NCBI GenBank assembly: GCA_951406725.2
Contig: OX597834.1
Coordinates: 14,508,001-14,572,000 of the forward strand
Direction: 5' to 3'
Length of the DNA: 64,000 nucleotides
Source: Octopus vulgaris
Lineage: Eukaryota
Below the pieces are notes generated by a model, which had not been told where the DNA came from, ran no database searches, and was given only the letters and a program-made list of their open reading frames with translations. Each line of letters opens with the position of its first letter. Positions within the stretch are counted from its first letter, which is position 1. Made by a program: the position numbers and the translations under genes. Of the stretch, positions 27,195 to 41,266 are shown one piece after another.

Positions 27195-29300
27195 TTATCA
27201 ATAGCCTGGATAGACTATAAAAAGGCTTTTGATAGCCTACCACATAGCTGGATTAGGAAATGCCTTGAAATGTATAAGATAGCACCAACTCTGCGAAACT
27301 TCTTGACTGTAAGTATGAGATCATGGAGAACCACACTAACTCTGAACAGTGACAGTGAATCCCTAAATGCTGGTGATGTAAAAATTTCGTGTGGCATTTT
27401 CCAGGGTGACTCACTGTCACCACTCCTCTTTTGTTTATCCTTAATACACCTCTCTCAAAGCTGCTCAATGACGCGCAGTACGGGTATAAAATGTTTGATA
27501 AAAATATAAATCATCTCGTTTACATGGATGATTTAAAGCTTTTTGCAAAAAATGATCAACAACTCAAGGGCTTACTAGCGATAGTCAAACAATTCAGTGA
27601 CGACATCAGAATGCAATTCGGCCTCGATAAATGTGCAAAGGCTACCTTTATCAAAGGAAAAATGACAGAAACATCTAACGTTAACCTTGACCAACAGAAT
27701 GTCATAAAAGAACTAGACCCAGCGGAGAGCTACAAGTACCTAGGGATAATTGAAGGGAACGGAATAAGGCATTCAGAGATGAAGGAAAGGATCAGGAGAG
27801 AATGCTATCGAAGAGTGAGAGCAATACTCAAGACAGAGCTGAATGCAAGAAACAGGATCGAAGCAATCAATGCATTAGCTATACCAGTCGTGACTTACAG
27901 TTTCAATATTGTTAACTGGTCAATTACTGAAATATGTCAGCTCGACAGAAAAATAAGGAAACTGTTGACAATGCATAGAATGCACCACCCTAAGGCAGAT
28001 ACAGAACGACTCTATCTGCCAAGAAAAGAGGAGGCCGTGGTCTTTTGCAACTGGCAATAACAATGAAGATTGCTACAATTGGCCTAGACACCTACCTGAA
28101 AAACTCTGAGGACTGGATGCTAAAACTTGTCTCAAAACATGAAAACAAGAAAGCATCATACTCAGTCACAAAACAGGCAAAGGAATATCTAAGTGAATTC
28201 CGAATACAACCAATTTCGGAATTAGAGATAGATATACAAGAAACAAGCACAGAAAAAGCTAGGCGCATGAAAACCCGTGCCAAAACTGCGGCCTTAGATA
28301 TTCTGAATAATAAATGGCAAGAAAAACCTCTCTATGGCAAATACCCAAAGAGAGCGAATAATGCAGATATCGACAAAGCCCTGACCCATCAATGGCTAAT
28401 GGCCTCTGGCTTAAAATCTGAAACAGAGGGGTTTATCATAGCAGCTCAAGATCAATGCCTACCAACAAGAAACTACCAGGCCAACATATTAAAGATCAGA
28501 AGCAGTCCAACGTGTCGTGTATGCAAGCAACAAAATGAAAACCATTGACCATGTGGTCTCCAAGTGCAGTCTTCTAGCGCCTACAGAGTATCTCAACAGG
28601 CACGATAGAGCTGCACAATATATTCACTGGGTAATCTGTAAAAACCTGGATTTGCCCCATGAAAAAAACTGATGGGAACACAAACCACCCCCAGTGCTTG
28701 AAAATGACCACATCTCACTCCTCTGGAACTTCACCATTCAAACTGACAGGAAGATAGATGCAAATAGGCCAGACATCATATTGAAAACTTCAAACAAAGA
28801 ACATGCCTCCTCATTGATATGACTGTCCCAATCGATATAAACGTATCTGTCAAGACCTACCAAAAACTGAGCAAATATAAAGATCTTGAAATAGAAATCA
28901 GCAAAATGTGGAAGCTGAAGACTAAAACAATACCTGTTGTCATAGGTGCCCTGGGAATGATAGCAAAAGGGGCTGATAGCTACCTAACTCAGATACCAGG
29001 AAACCCAAAAATGGCAGAAGTTCAAAAGATAGTGCTCATGGGAACTGCTCATATCCTACGCAAAATACTCTCTATGTAATCTCAAGGTTTAAAACAAACA
29101 TAATTTTCGGTTTAAAAAAAAAAAAAAAAAAACCTTTTTTTTTCTTTTTAGACATTCATTAGTACAACATCCCCACCCCCCAAATATATGGCACACTAGG
29201 CATAACAACAACATGAACTTCCAACCCTGTTGTCTCTTGAGGTCTCTGGGTGAGACTTGGAGCCAACTTGTACAAATATAAAGCAAAAGTCAAACATAGA
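27195..29300 (+). mobile_element. 5'-truncated R4/Dong-clade non-LTR retrotransposon (RT, CCHC knuckle, restriction-like endonuclease), frameshifted
   Basis: WIDYKKAFDS, GIFQGDSLSPLLF, HLVYMDDLKLFA, YKYLG; CRVC..H..C knuckle at about 28510-28567; NRPDII and IDMTVP..KLSKYKDL RLE motifs; stop at 29079, then 3' UTR. Both ends lie in (AAT)n, the known Dong target. Confidence 0.92.
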
Positions 29301-29329
29301 ATAATAATAATAATAATAATAATAATAGA

Positions 29330-29370
<41 letters not shown>

Positions 29371-29372
<2 letters not shown>

Positions 29373-29918
29373 TGCCAACATTATGGAATAACAACAGAAA
29401 AAAGATGGTATAGGCACACACCAGAAAAGGTCACAGAAAACGAGAAAGCAACCATACTCTGGGATATGCCGATACACACAGATAGAGAAATTAAGGCCAA
29501 CAGACCAGATATAGTTGTCAGAGACCATGAAGAAAAAAATGCTTTCTAATTGATGTATCAGTACCGGCAGATGACAACGTGTCTCTAAAAGAAATGGAGA
29601 AACTCTCAAAATACAAAGACCTGGAAATAGAGGTAACTAGAATGTGGAATCTGAAAACAGAAACAATTCCTATCATAGTAGGTGCATTAGGCATGATAAA
29701 AAAATATTCAGACAAATACATAACAAAAACACCAGGACTTACAAACACATATAACATACAGAAAATTGCACTACTAGGCACTGCACACATCCTACGCAGA
29801 ACACTTTCCATACAATAACCATTAGAGCATCACAACAAATCACAGCACATACCCAAGGCACACAGAGCTGCGCTCGGTAGTGAAGTGAAAGCACGCTATA
29901 AAAATAAAAATAAAACTA

Positions 29919-29921
<3 letters not shown>
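29371..29921 (+). mobile_element. Second R4/Dong-family 3' fragment (RLE domain and 3' UTR)
   Basis: ILWDMPIHTDREIKANRPDIVV..LIDVSVP..KLSKYKDLEIEVTRMW..IALLGTAHILRRTLS; flanked by (AAT)n. Confidence 0.9.
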
Positions 29922-29996
<75 letters not shown>

Positions 29997-29997
<1 letters not shown>

Positions 29998-30561
29998 CCC
30001 CGGTGCAGTAACAGGCAATGACACTCATGGCTTCTGATCTTAACTGATTGGAAGTGTTATCATGCACGTTGTTTTGTCTTGGTATAAGAGATGGTCTACA
30101 GCAAATGTTCTACTCAATACCTCAGATTTGCTTGTCAGTTGTTTGACCTTAACCAGTTGACCATGTCCATTAGTGGCTGAGGATAAGTGGCTGCCGATGC
30201 ATCTCTGATCACAACCAGAAGTAGCGGGTGGGGCATATTAACCGTGTATTGAAAGGAATTCTTAGAGGTTTGGATAATTCATCTCTGGAAACATGGGTGT
30301 TTCGTTCAACATCTTTCAACAACCCTTATTCCGGGACCTTTTAAGTGGGATGGGTTACTCGACCACAAGAAAATTCTAACTGGGCCCCACCTGCAAGGTC
30401 ATATGCTGTTCATCTTGATATGAGATCACCATGTTGCACACAAATGGTTGTGATGCACGTGCCTAGTGTACCTTTATCAGACGGGTAGTCATGATGGGTA
30501 TACTAGGCTTCGTATATTTTACCCCAGTGTCACTTTGATGTCATGCACTGCTCTCTCACTG
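29997..30561 (+). mobile_element. Non-coding (TAA)n-targeted element (a Dong 3' UTR or a Dong-dependent non-autonomous element)
   Basis: Both ends in (AAT)n; its 3' ~210 bp recurs at 6771-6982 in the same polarity relative to the repeat. Confidence 0.7.
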
Positions 30562-30577
30562 AATAATAATAATAATA

Positions 30578-30657
<80 letters not shown>

Positions 30658-30659
30658 CA

Positions 30660-31051
30660 TTTCTACTGGAAGAACAAGGCCTCAAATTTGAGGAGAGGAT
30701 TAAGTTGATTATATCGACCCCAGTGCGTCACTGGTACTGATTTTATCAATCCCGAAGGATGAAAGGCAAAGTCGACCTCGGTGGAATTTCAACTCACATC
30801 GTAACGCCAGACGAGATGCCTATTTCTTTACTACCCACAAGGGGCTAAATACGGAGGGGACAAACAAGGAGAGACAAACGGATTGAGTCGATTACATCGA
30901 CCCCAGTGCTTAAATAGTACTTATTTAATCGATCCCGAAAGGATGAAAGACTAAGTCGACCTCGGCGGAAATTGAACTAAGAACGTAGCGGCAGACGAAA
31001 TACCGCTAAGTACTTCACCCGGCGTGCTAATGATTCTGTCAGCTCGCCGCC
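30660..31051 (-). mobile_element. SINE family A dimer
   Basis: Junction gacgagatgc|ctatttctttactac at about 30810-30834; head ends cagctcgccgcc at 31051. Confidence 0.8.
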
Positions 31052-31195
31052 TTAATAATGATAATTACTATTGTTGTTGTTGTTACTATTATTATTATTA
31101 TTAGTAGTAGTAGTAGTAGTATTGTTGTTGTTGTTGTCGTTGCTATCATTAACCTTACTACTAAAGGCACAAATAGTAGTAGTAGTAGTAGTATC

Positions 31196-31268
<73 letters not shown>

Positions 31269-31592
31269 TTTTAAAGGGGAAATAATCTATGCTTGTGAAT
31301 ATTTACCTCATTTATCATCGTTTCTAAAATATATTCTATTCAACATTTTTCTCAATAATATACACAAATAGATCTACCTATACACACACTCACACACATA
31401 CATACATAATTTTACATTCGTACACACACACACATTCGCACATATCTATATACGTATATATTTATATATATATATATATATGTATATACATTCGTATATG
31501 CATATTTATACACATATACATATATACACATATATATATACACATATATATATATACATATATATATATATACATAAATATATATACACACG

Positions 31593-31688
<96 letters not shown>

Positions 31689-32629
31689 GATAGATATGTA
31701 TATACTGAAAATATGTAATGTGTATTCAAATTATTATTTTAGTTTCGGAATAATTACATGCAAATACTTTGCTATTTTAATTTAAAACCATTACAAAATG
31801 TATGCTTTATTCCCAAACTAAAATTATTGAAACGCAATAAAGGCTTTCCTTTTTAGAAACATTATTTAAGGGTAATGTATTTAAACGAAACAAAAACTTA
31901 ATGTATTGATGCATAACAAAATAAAAAATGGCTGTAAATTACACTCTTGTTTTTCGCTAAATTTAGACAAAATTTCATGACCGCGTGTTGTTTCTCTTTT
32001 CACTCGCGCTTCTTTCAATTCAGATCTGTGCGTGTGATTGTTCCAACGATTGAAAGTAAATTATTGGTTTTCTGTCTGTTATGATTGCGTATACGACTTT
32101 ACAAGAAATGCGTATGCATACGTACATGTACAGGTGAAAGTTAACTTTTGCATACGTGTGTATGTGTCTGTACACATACATTTGTATATATGGGTGTTTG
32201 TATATATAGGTTTGTAAATGTGTGTGTGAGCATGCGTGCGTGTGTTTGTGTGTCTGTGTATTCTGTAGAATGTATAGGTTTCGGAAAGAGAGAAATCTAG
32301 CAACAGGGTGCGGCACAGTAGTATAATAAATGAATCGAAATATAGTAATATAACTGTACAAATTCTCAACCCAATCTATGTGATTAAATTTGGGGGCGAG
32401 GTATAGACTATACATGTGTTCATGTGGCACAATAATCTGCCACTTGGTTTATCACATATGAGTTACGTAGGGTTAGGTGGAATAGTAAATTCTGCAAGCG
32501 TCTTCTAATTTCACACGATAGTTGTTTAAGAAACGTTGCGATGGATATTCGTCCGCCATTTATGTACCACTAGTTTTAGTTTTCCTATAAAAAAAGAAGC
32601 AATGCTCTCAGTGCAATTGTTTACTCACC

Positions 32630-33440
32630 TGGTGCAGGTGTTCCTTTGTAGCTAGAAGTTTCCTTCTCAATGACAACTCTCTGGGTCCAGCCCCGCTCCT
32701 TTGAACGTTGAGCGAGTGTCTTCTGCTGTAGCCCCGGCCAACTAATGAATCGTATTGGTTGACAGACACTAAAAGAAGCCTGTTGTATAAGTATGTATGT
32801 CATTATTCAGTTTTATTCGAAGATTTCTTGCCAAAAGAGAAAGAGCCGACTTGTAACTTAGATCCAAGTCTCCTTCATTGGAATTTCAACATCAACAACA
32901 GGGTATTTTTGTATGTATGTATGTATGCATATATGTATGTATGTATATGTGTAGATTTTAAAGTTTTGTTTTATGTATGTATTCTTAAGCATATAGTTGC
33001 ATATCTAGACATGGCCATATATATTCAAAATGATAAACTTCTTGAAAATTTTACAGATTTTTACAGTTCCAGTGAGGGACTAGAACTGTAGTCTTCGAAT
33101 TACGTACATACATGTATGTATATATGTATGTATGTATGTGTATATTTAAGTACGAAGGCATGTATGTGTGAATGTATGTATATACGTACGTATGTATATG
33201 TTTATTCCTTTGCACGTGCCTTTGTGTTCGTGTTTGTTCTCCACCCTGCATCGCTTGACAACCGGTGTTGGTTTATGTACGTCTCAGCAACATTGCAGTT
33301 CGGCAAAAAAAAAAAAATTTAATTAAAATAATAATCTGATGAAGTAACTAACTGACTAAAAAAAAAAAAATACTGCAGTCGATTCGTGCGACTACAAAAT
33401 TTCAAAACCCCAGCATGGCCGACTTCTCTTCACTGAAAAA
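32630..33440 (+). mobile_element. SINE family B, decayed and split by other repeats
   Basis: Head-like 32630-32790 (..gtgtcttctgctgtagccccggcca..aaagaagcctgttgtata); tail-like 33220-33440 (gcttgacaaccggtgttgg..ccagcatggccg). Confidence 0.55.
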
Positions 33441-33959
33441 AAAAAATACATAGGATGAAAGAAATAAAAGAAATCTATGTGCATGGAAATGGAATATCGC
33501 AGGTGCATTCCTGTTGTGCACAAGCAATCGGCCTTGCTGCTGTGCAATAGGAAAAAAATTTTCAAGTAAAACTATTATACACATGTTATTGATATAACTG
33601 CTCTGTTTAGGATGGCCCTTTTTACTTTCTTTTATGCATTTTATAGTTCCAGTGATTTATAGATAGAAATTTGATGTGCGATACAATGTACGAATATTGG
33701 GAAAATTAGTGACTTATATTTGCTAAATTTCTTTCTTTCAATGGCGTTCAAATATTTTCTACCGAATTGTATTACATTATAAAGGCTTTATAATTACGTT
33801 AAACAATATCCTTCTATGTCATAGAATATCCTGCTGTTTTCTTATTTTATCTTCAAATTGTATGAATTCTATATGATGAAATTCGCTTGCCTTTTTTACC
33901 CCCCTCTCTCATACATTCTAGTTTATTGCGTTCATTTTCTTCTGTTGGTACTAGGCTAT

Positions 33960-34620
33960 TCCATTGTCATTCTTTGACAGACCTAAGTTTGATGCGTGCA
34001 TTTGTTGTACTTGTTTAATGTTATTACTGTTATGTTAGGATTATAACGATGTATACATCATTTAAAGTATTGTGTTTGTGGTTAGGATCTATTGTATTAA
34101 GTTTTTACTTGTATTTACTTCCATTTACTTGTATTTTTCTTTTCTGACATGCATCTTGCTCTATCATTTGCTTGTAAAAGGTTATTAGGTATATATTTTT
34201 CATACAATTCCTACTTATCTGTAATACTATTACGCAATACATTTGTAAGTATGTTGACATTGTTCGTTTAAGTACCTTTAGTAAATTGATTCTGCGGTGT
34301 TTTTCTTTTTGCTTTAGCCTTCTTGGAGTATAAATGGGAGCGTTATGATTCTTATCGTAGCCTCTTTAACAGATACTAGGAAAGGAAATGAGCAAGCTCC
34401 TTCGAACTGTCGATGAACTTGAATGGTTGCTTGAGAGTACACCACTCCATATCAATCGAGTGGACCTCGCTTTAAGATTACCACTGATGGATGGAATGTA
34501 AAATTTCTCAGTGAAACCCGATAGGTGTCCAGCTTTGCATACTCGAATCTGGTTTATTTATGATGCATTTTAACTGCTATCGTATTTCAAAGACACCATG
34601 TGTTTGTTTTAAACTCTTTC
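33960..34620 (-). mobile_element. Possible very old Penelope-like RT relic
   Basis: Scattered minus-strand peptides KQTHGV, FKFIDS, KYIPNNLLQANDRAR, HRYNPN recall PLE RT/thumb motifs (YKQxxG, RxxDD, YPxxxI..A, TYNPN); spacing imperfect. Confidence 0.3.
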
Positions 34621-34967
34621 ATTATTTATGTAAGTGTAGACCCAACTTCCTTCGACATATAAGACATGATTCTATTGTCACTGGAAGATATAACACCAGC
34701 AAGTCTATAACAAATGGAAGACTACGATTGCATTATACTACAATGAAATTATCAATGCATTTACTTACATCGTATTACTCTACGATAATTAGAACCACCT
34801 ACATTTGTTTCTTATTATTCCTAGTAAAATTTAGGAACTGTACTCTATATTACCAATGTTTTAAGAAATATTTCCAGATTATATATATATAAAATAGATA
34901 AATAGATGTAGAAACAGATGTAAAGCCAAATAGACACACCAGTAGACAGACAAACAGGGAGACTGAG

Positions 34968-35077
<110 letters not shown>

Positions 35078-35123
35078 AAAGATGTATAAACAGACATACA
35101 GACAAACAAACAGACAGACTGAC

Positions 35124-35168
<45 letters not shown>

Positions 35169-35226
35169 TAGATAGATAGATAGGTAGATAGATAGGTAGA
35201 TAGATAGATAGATATATAGATAGATT

Positions 35227-35266
<40 letters not shown>

Positions 35267-35267
35267 T

Positions 35268-36296
35268 GTTTCTTTATTAGCCACACAGGGCTGCACACAG
35301 ATAGAACAAATTACAAGGTAGAGCTTTTCTTTTGAAGGTTTAAGAAAGAAAGAGAAAGAAAAAAAAAAAAAAAGGAAGGGGGAGTTTCGATCAAAAGGGA
35401 TCGTAAAAGGAGAGAAAGAGGACAAAAAAAGGGGGTTTAAAAAAAGGGGGGAGGAAAAAAAATTGATCAATAGGGATCGTTATCACAGAAATGTCAATAT
35501 GAAGTGTAAAGGGGAGGACAGGTGAGGTTTACCCGGGCAAAGAAAAGCCTACGGAAAAGACCACGGTAACCTCGGTCAATGATGTCACATTTTATATTTC
35601 TTTTTTTTTTTTTTTTTTTTTGCAAATAAGCAACTCTCTGTTTTCGATTTCTGGGTTCATAGGACTATGCTCAAGGTGGCTTCGTCATTCATACGTGCCA
35701 TTCTTGCTACATTCACCCATCTTTTTTTAAAACATTCGCTAGACAAAACTTGCCTCTCTACTCTCACTTTCCTTTTCAAGTGGTACTTGAAGAAGTTGAT
35801 GAGAGATTGACCAGAGAGGAAAGTGTTTGTCTCCAATCCTTTCAGACGCGTCCACCAGATACATTCTTTCGCCATAGCCACAAGGATGATGAAAATAGCT
35901 CTTCCTTCCCGTTTGAAGGAAGGAGGCGTGACAATATTGACGATAGACTCAGCTGATAAACCGACTCGTCCCACATGTGACAGCAGTTGTTCGACATAAG
36001 CCCACAGGTCGGAAATTGTTGGACACTGAACGAGTGCGTGCAGAACGGTTTCGTCGCTCTGACCGCATCTCGGGCAGGTCGGCCCCGTGTTTCTCGAGCC
36101 GTGTCTGTAGAGCTTATCCCGAACGGGTAGCGCTTCTCGGTAGCACTGCCAGGCCAGGGATCTCTGGAAGTTGTCCATGGGCCCTGGCCCGAAAGTCGTC
36201 CTGAACAGGCGGGTCAGGTACTCCTCGTCGACGTCCAGGTTCGCCCCGAGCTCGTCGTCGTACCTCCCCTCCACTAAACCCCTATAGAATGCTTTG
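35268..36296 (-). mobile_element. 5'-truncated Tx1/L1-group LINE inserted in (GATA)n
   Basis: Open frame 36296-35657: SLAWQCYREALPVRDKLYRHG..CPRCGQSDETVLHALVQC..AKECIWWTR (zf-RVT-type ORF2 C-terminus), then ~390-bp 3' UTR ending gtggctaataaagaaac into tatctatc. Confidence 0.85.
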
Positions 36297-36349
36297 AGAT
36301 ACATAGATAGATAGATAGGTAGATAGATAGATAGATATATAGATAGATT

Positions 36350-36431
<82 letters not shown>

Positions 36432-37081
36432 CAGATAGATAAATAGATGTTTAAACAGACATACAGACAAACAAACAGACAGACTGACAGATAGATAGAC
36501 AGACAGACACAGAGACAATACAAAAGTAATACTCCAGTTTAAATAACATATTTGTAACTTTGAAGTTCCGAATACATAAAACTTATGAACAGATGCGGAT
36601 TCAAATGAATCTACGAGAGTGTGGGTAGATGTATACGTATGTGTCTGCTTGCATGTGTGTGTGCGAATCTATGTGCGCATGTAAGCATGTATTCTCGATC
36701 ATATACATTCCTGCGAACCTCGATACACACATACATGTGTGTATGTGTGTCTGTCTGTATGTATGTATGTATGTATGTGTGTGTATGTACGTACGTATAT
36801 TCAAGTAGAAATTTTATTAATATTCCATCGTATGAAATAAAATATATATAAATTTCAATATTTTGAAGAATCGTAGATTGATTACTGCGCATGAATACTA
36901 TGCATGGGTTCATCAAAGTGGATTGATTTTTGGCGCACAGTATATTGTTCATTAGGAACTGTACTGTTTTATATTTCCTATTGTATGTTTATGCATTTCT
37001 TCAACTCAGCTCAACTTTGGTATTCGAAATCACAATAGATTTGCCGGGGGGAAATTTATAGGAATACATTAAACATACAAG

Positions 37082-37113
<32 letters not shown>

Positions 37114-37132
37114 CACAGACACACACAGACAT

Positions 37133-37205
<73 letters not shown>

Positions 37206-37343
37206 TGATATATATATACATATATATACTTATATTTATATATGTGTGTGTGTGTATATATATATACATATATAAATATATATGTATATATATTTATATA
37301 TATATAGATAGATAGTTATATACGTACATATATACATTCACAT

Positions 37344-37386
<43 letters not shown>

Positions 37387-38524
37387 TATATACACATATA
37401 TATATATATATACACCCAGGCCCATACAAATGTGTACTCATGTAAGTGCATACGTTCACATATACCTACTCTAAACATACTTTCGTATATAAATATATAA
37501 ATACTTCTATATGCGTTCTTATGTAAAGTTATATAAGCAGTTGATCTTTAACTTGAAGAATCATTGAACATTATTTAGTAGATGGCGTATCATATGTATT
37601 TTTATAAAACATTTAGATGTGACATCGAAACTTTGTCTTTCTAGTCGACATAAAACATTAGTATAGTTTTCTGAATAAGGGTTCGAACCTTATAGTTAAT
37701 GCTTTTGCGATGATGTTGCTTGGTGGTGGGGTTAATATGTGAATACGTGAGTGGTATACGTTTGCTTATAATCAGAAAAGGGAGTGTTCGTGTAACAAAA
37801 GGTGAAAAGATTAATAAAGCATTTTGTTGTAAGGTGTAAGTGGTGATGAAATGATGGTGGAAAGTGTTTTTTCTGTTTGATGTCGGGTTCATTCAACCTT
37901 GGATGTAGAGACGAATGTTAGACTAAATACATTTAGAGGTTCATACGGCCAATATTTCACATCCAGGTGAGGATTGCGTCGGCTGAAGACTGTTGTGATT
38001 CAACATGATGCTCAACTACAAACCTCTAATTGAGAATTCTACCATCAGGCTGCTCCTATTTAAACAGGGGGCCTGATTTTTATTCGCTACTACATTTAGT
38101 TTCAAATATTATGTTTTAGACACTTTCTACACTTATAGAATGTGGCCAAGATCAAGCAGCTATTCCAAGATCTTCGCAGTAACGCATTGAGAAACTCATG
38201 TGTCAAATCCCAGAGCCGTTTTGAGGCCAAGGAAAGATACTGAAATCGGCTACTTTGAATAAAATATTATCTCCCAGACATAATCTAGTTGGTAATACCT
38301 GTTTTTTTTTTGTTAATATTTTCAATTTTGGTTTTTAGTTTTCCTTTTATGCAAGCTACCATATTTAGCCCGAATAGGGCATGGACATGTTCACGTAACA
38401 CGGCACAAACGGATGTTGATATAAATAAGAAATATTTATGACAAATGTACAAGGCTGCGTACAAAACATTATACCAGCATAACTGTAAAAGGTTAACTGT
38501 TAAACTTTAGGATAGATTTGCAAT

Positions 38525-38731
38525 TATTTACATTATTTACATTATTTATATTTTACGGATATTTGTCCTCGTCTTGTTTTTTAACAGAACGTTTCGGCTG
38601 ATATACCCTATAGTCTTCATCAGATGTCTTGGGGAAATTTGGAACCTGGGTTCTCATTCCTATGGTTCGATTCCAGGCAGTGACCTCAATAATGATAATT
38701 TCAAACCTAGGTTCTCATTCCTATTATTGGA

Positions 38732-38795
<64 letters not shown>

Positions 38796-38863
38796 GTTCA
38801 GGTCACTGCTTAGAATCTTGGGGTTAGTAGCCCGCGCTCTTAACTACACACGCCATATGCCCG
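38525..38863 (-). mobile_element. tRNA-head/(AAT)n/hammerhead element, copy 1
   Basis: Head CGGGCATATGGCGTGTGTAGTTAAGAGCGCGGGCTACTAACCCC; hammerhead at about 38584-38627 (acat CTGATGA agact..cagcc GAAA cg TT ctgt); TSD tagatttgcaat at 38513-38524 and 38864-38875. Confidence 0.8.
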
Positions 38864-40261
38864 TAGATTTGCAATATCTGAAAGTGTTAAATATTTTATG
38901 GTGGCTACAAATTACTATTCGTTAAAACCGACTCGCAATTGTAGCGTTTTCAAACTAAATATTAGATTTTTCAGTTATACGCAGCTTGCAGTTCTTTGCG
39001 TTACCCTTGTATTATGTGTATTTACGTCAGAATTTCTCTTTCAAATATTACGGTATACCAAAATTTCTAAATATAAAATTAGTGAGAAAGCAACTAGGGT
39101 TTGTTTTGTACATTTGGAATGTGTCCCTTTGAGGATGGTTAGAGCAATTTAATGAACTGTTAGTGCAATAAATGTATTAGTAAAGTTATAGGTTTATAGG
39201 GTTATATATCTTAATAGTTTCTAATCGATTGCTTGATGGTAGCTGGAGGGTCCATTCGGCCCATATCCCATATTTGCAAGACGAACGGAGATAGATACAT
39301 GCATGTGTATGAGTGTGTATGTGTATATATGTATATATGTGTATATGTAAGTATGTATGTATATATATATAAAAGATATATATATATATATACATACATA
39401 CTTACGTTTATCTATATGTATATGTATATGTGTATACGTAAGTATGTATATATATTTACATATATATATAAATATATACAAATATATGTATATATATATA
39501 CACATGTATATATGTATATATAATATATATATACACACAAATATATGTATATATATACACATGTATATGTGTATATATATATATATAAATATATAATATA
39601 TATATGTATATATAATATATATATATATAATATATATATGTGTATATATATATATACATATATGCATATATTTGTCTATATGTAAATATATATGTATATA
39701 TATTTGTATGCATATATATATGCACACAAATATATACGTATACATAAGCATAACTATATATGAATGTGTATGCATGTATATATATATATATTTTGTGTGA
39801 GTAGTAAGTGTGTGTGTGAGAATGTGTGTGTGTGTGGTGGGTGGGTGGTTGTTGCTGTGTTAAATACATTGATTGCAGATCGATATATTTTCGAATCATA
39901 AAGTTTCATGCAAGTGTACGGATGGTTAATGACTGAAAAATTTCATTCGATGCAAGTACACGTATAAAATTTTATATGTAGCTTTGCAGTTGGTTTTAAC
40001 AGCACGAAACTGAAACTTAATACGTTTAGTGAGCAAGCATAAAAGCTAAAATTGGAAGGTAGTTAAACTCACGTACGTTCGCAGTCTTCCTCCCTCAGTA
40101 CTTCTATACTTGTCATAATGTATATATGCAGAAACACGCACACACAGACATACACATATACATACACATGTGTTTATGTAGGTATGTATGTATGTATGTA
40201 TGTATGTATGTATGTATGTATTTATATATGGTTTAGTATGAATGTGTGTGCGTATGTGTAC

Positions 40262-41039
40262 CTAAGACATACAGTTTCGGTGCCACTTCAACACTCAGCG
40301 AAATCAAGTTATTTCCCAACGTTAGATGAATGCACTCCGTACGTTCGTCGTTTTTTGGGGCTCTGGAATATCCGAGAGAACTGCACAAAATACTACTGCA
40401 CAGTCCAAAAGACAGGGTTTGGTGTGCCGCTGGAAAAGCTGTCACCATTGGCCATTTTTTTTATTTAATATAAAAAAATTATGTAATGCAAATGCCGTTA
40501 CTGTGGACTCCGGGCGTTACATCGAGATGATAAACAAATTCCGGGTGCCTGATATTACAACCTTTGCCTATTCGACATATGTGGTTTTAGCAGGGCGGAT
40601 CGACGGCCAACACAGCCAAAGCATCAATGGCCGTTCTTTGCCCTCTATTCGGTGACCGTCTCATTTCCAGGTTTGCTGACATTCCTTGGTCCCATCCATC
40701 CCTTGATTTGTCCACGTGTGATTATTTCTTGTGGAGAAACTCAAAGCACGTGTGTAAGCCTATAAGCCCAGTACATTGGACGATTTGAAGGAAGCTATCT
40801 GAATGGAAGTCGCCCAAATCGACGGAGTAAAGCTGGAGAGAGTGGCGGTCAACTTCCACGAACGCCTTCAGAAATGTATCAAAGAAAACGGACATCACAT
40901 GACGGATGTTGATTTCCACGCTTGATTTCAACAAAAGCTTGTTCAATACGAACACAATAATGTGAATAAAATTTGTTTGTAGTTAAAATTAATGATTTTG
41001 TGAATTATTCAAAAATCTCCGTCCTCTCTGTACCACCCC

Positions 41040-41040
<1 letters not shown>
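40262..41040 (+). mobile_element. Decayed Tc1/mariner-superfamily element
   Basis: VWC..IGPFF, MWF*QGGSTANTA (QQDGA..HT) and WSHPSLDLSTCDYFLW (WPPRSPDL..DFFLW); right end ..ccaccccg followed by (TA)n. Confidence 0.75.
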
Positions 41041-41106
<66 letters not shown>

Positions 41107-41266
41107 TCTGTGCTTTTGCGTGTTCAAGTTTTCATGTTAATTATTCCCCTTTCACTCAGATTTCAAAGAACCAGGAAAAATATCCACATTTAAACAGTCG
41201 AAGTGGACAAAAACGTCAGACACGCACATATATATACACATGCATACATATGTATGCATACATAAA

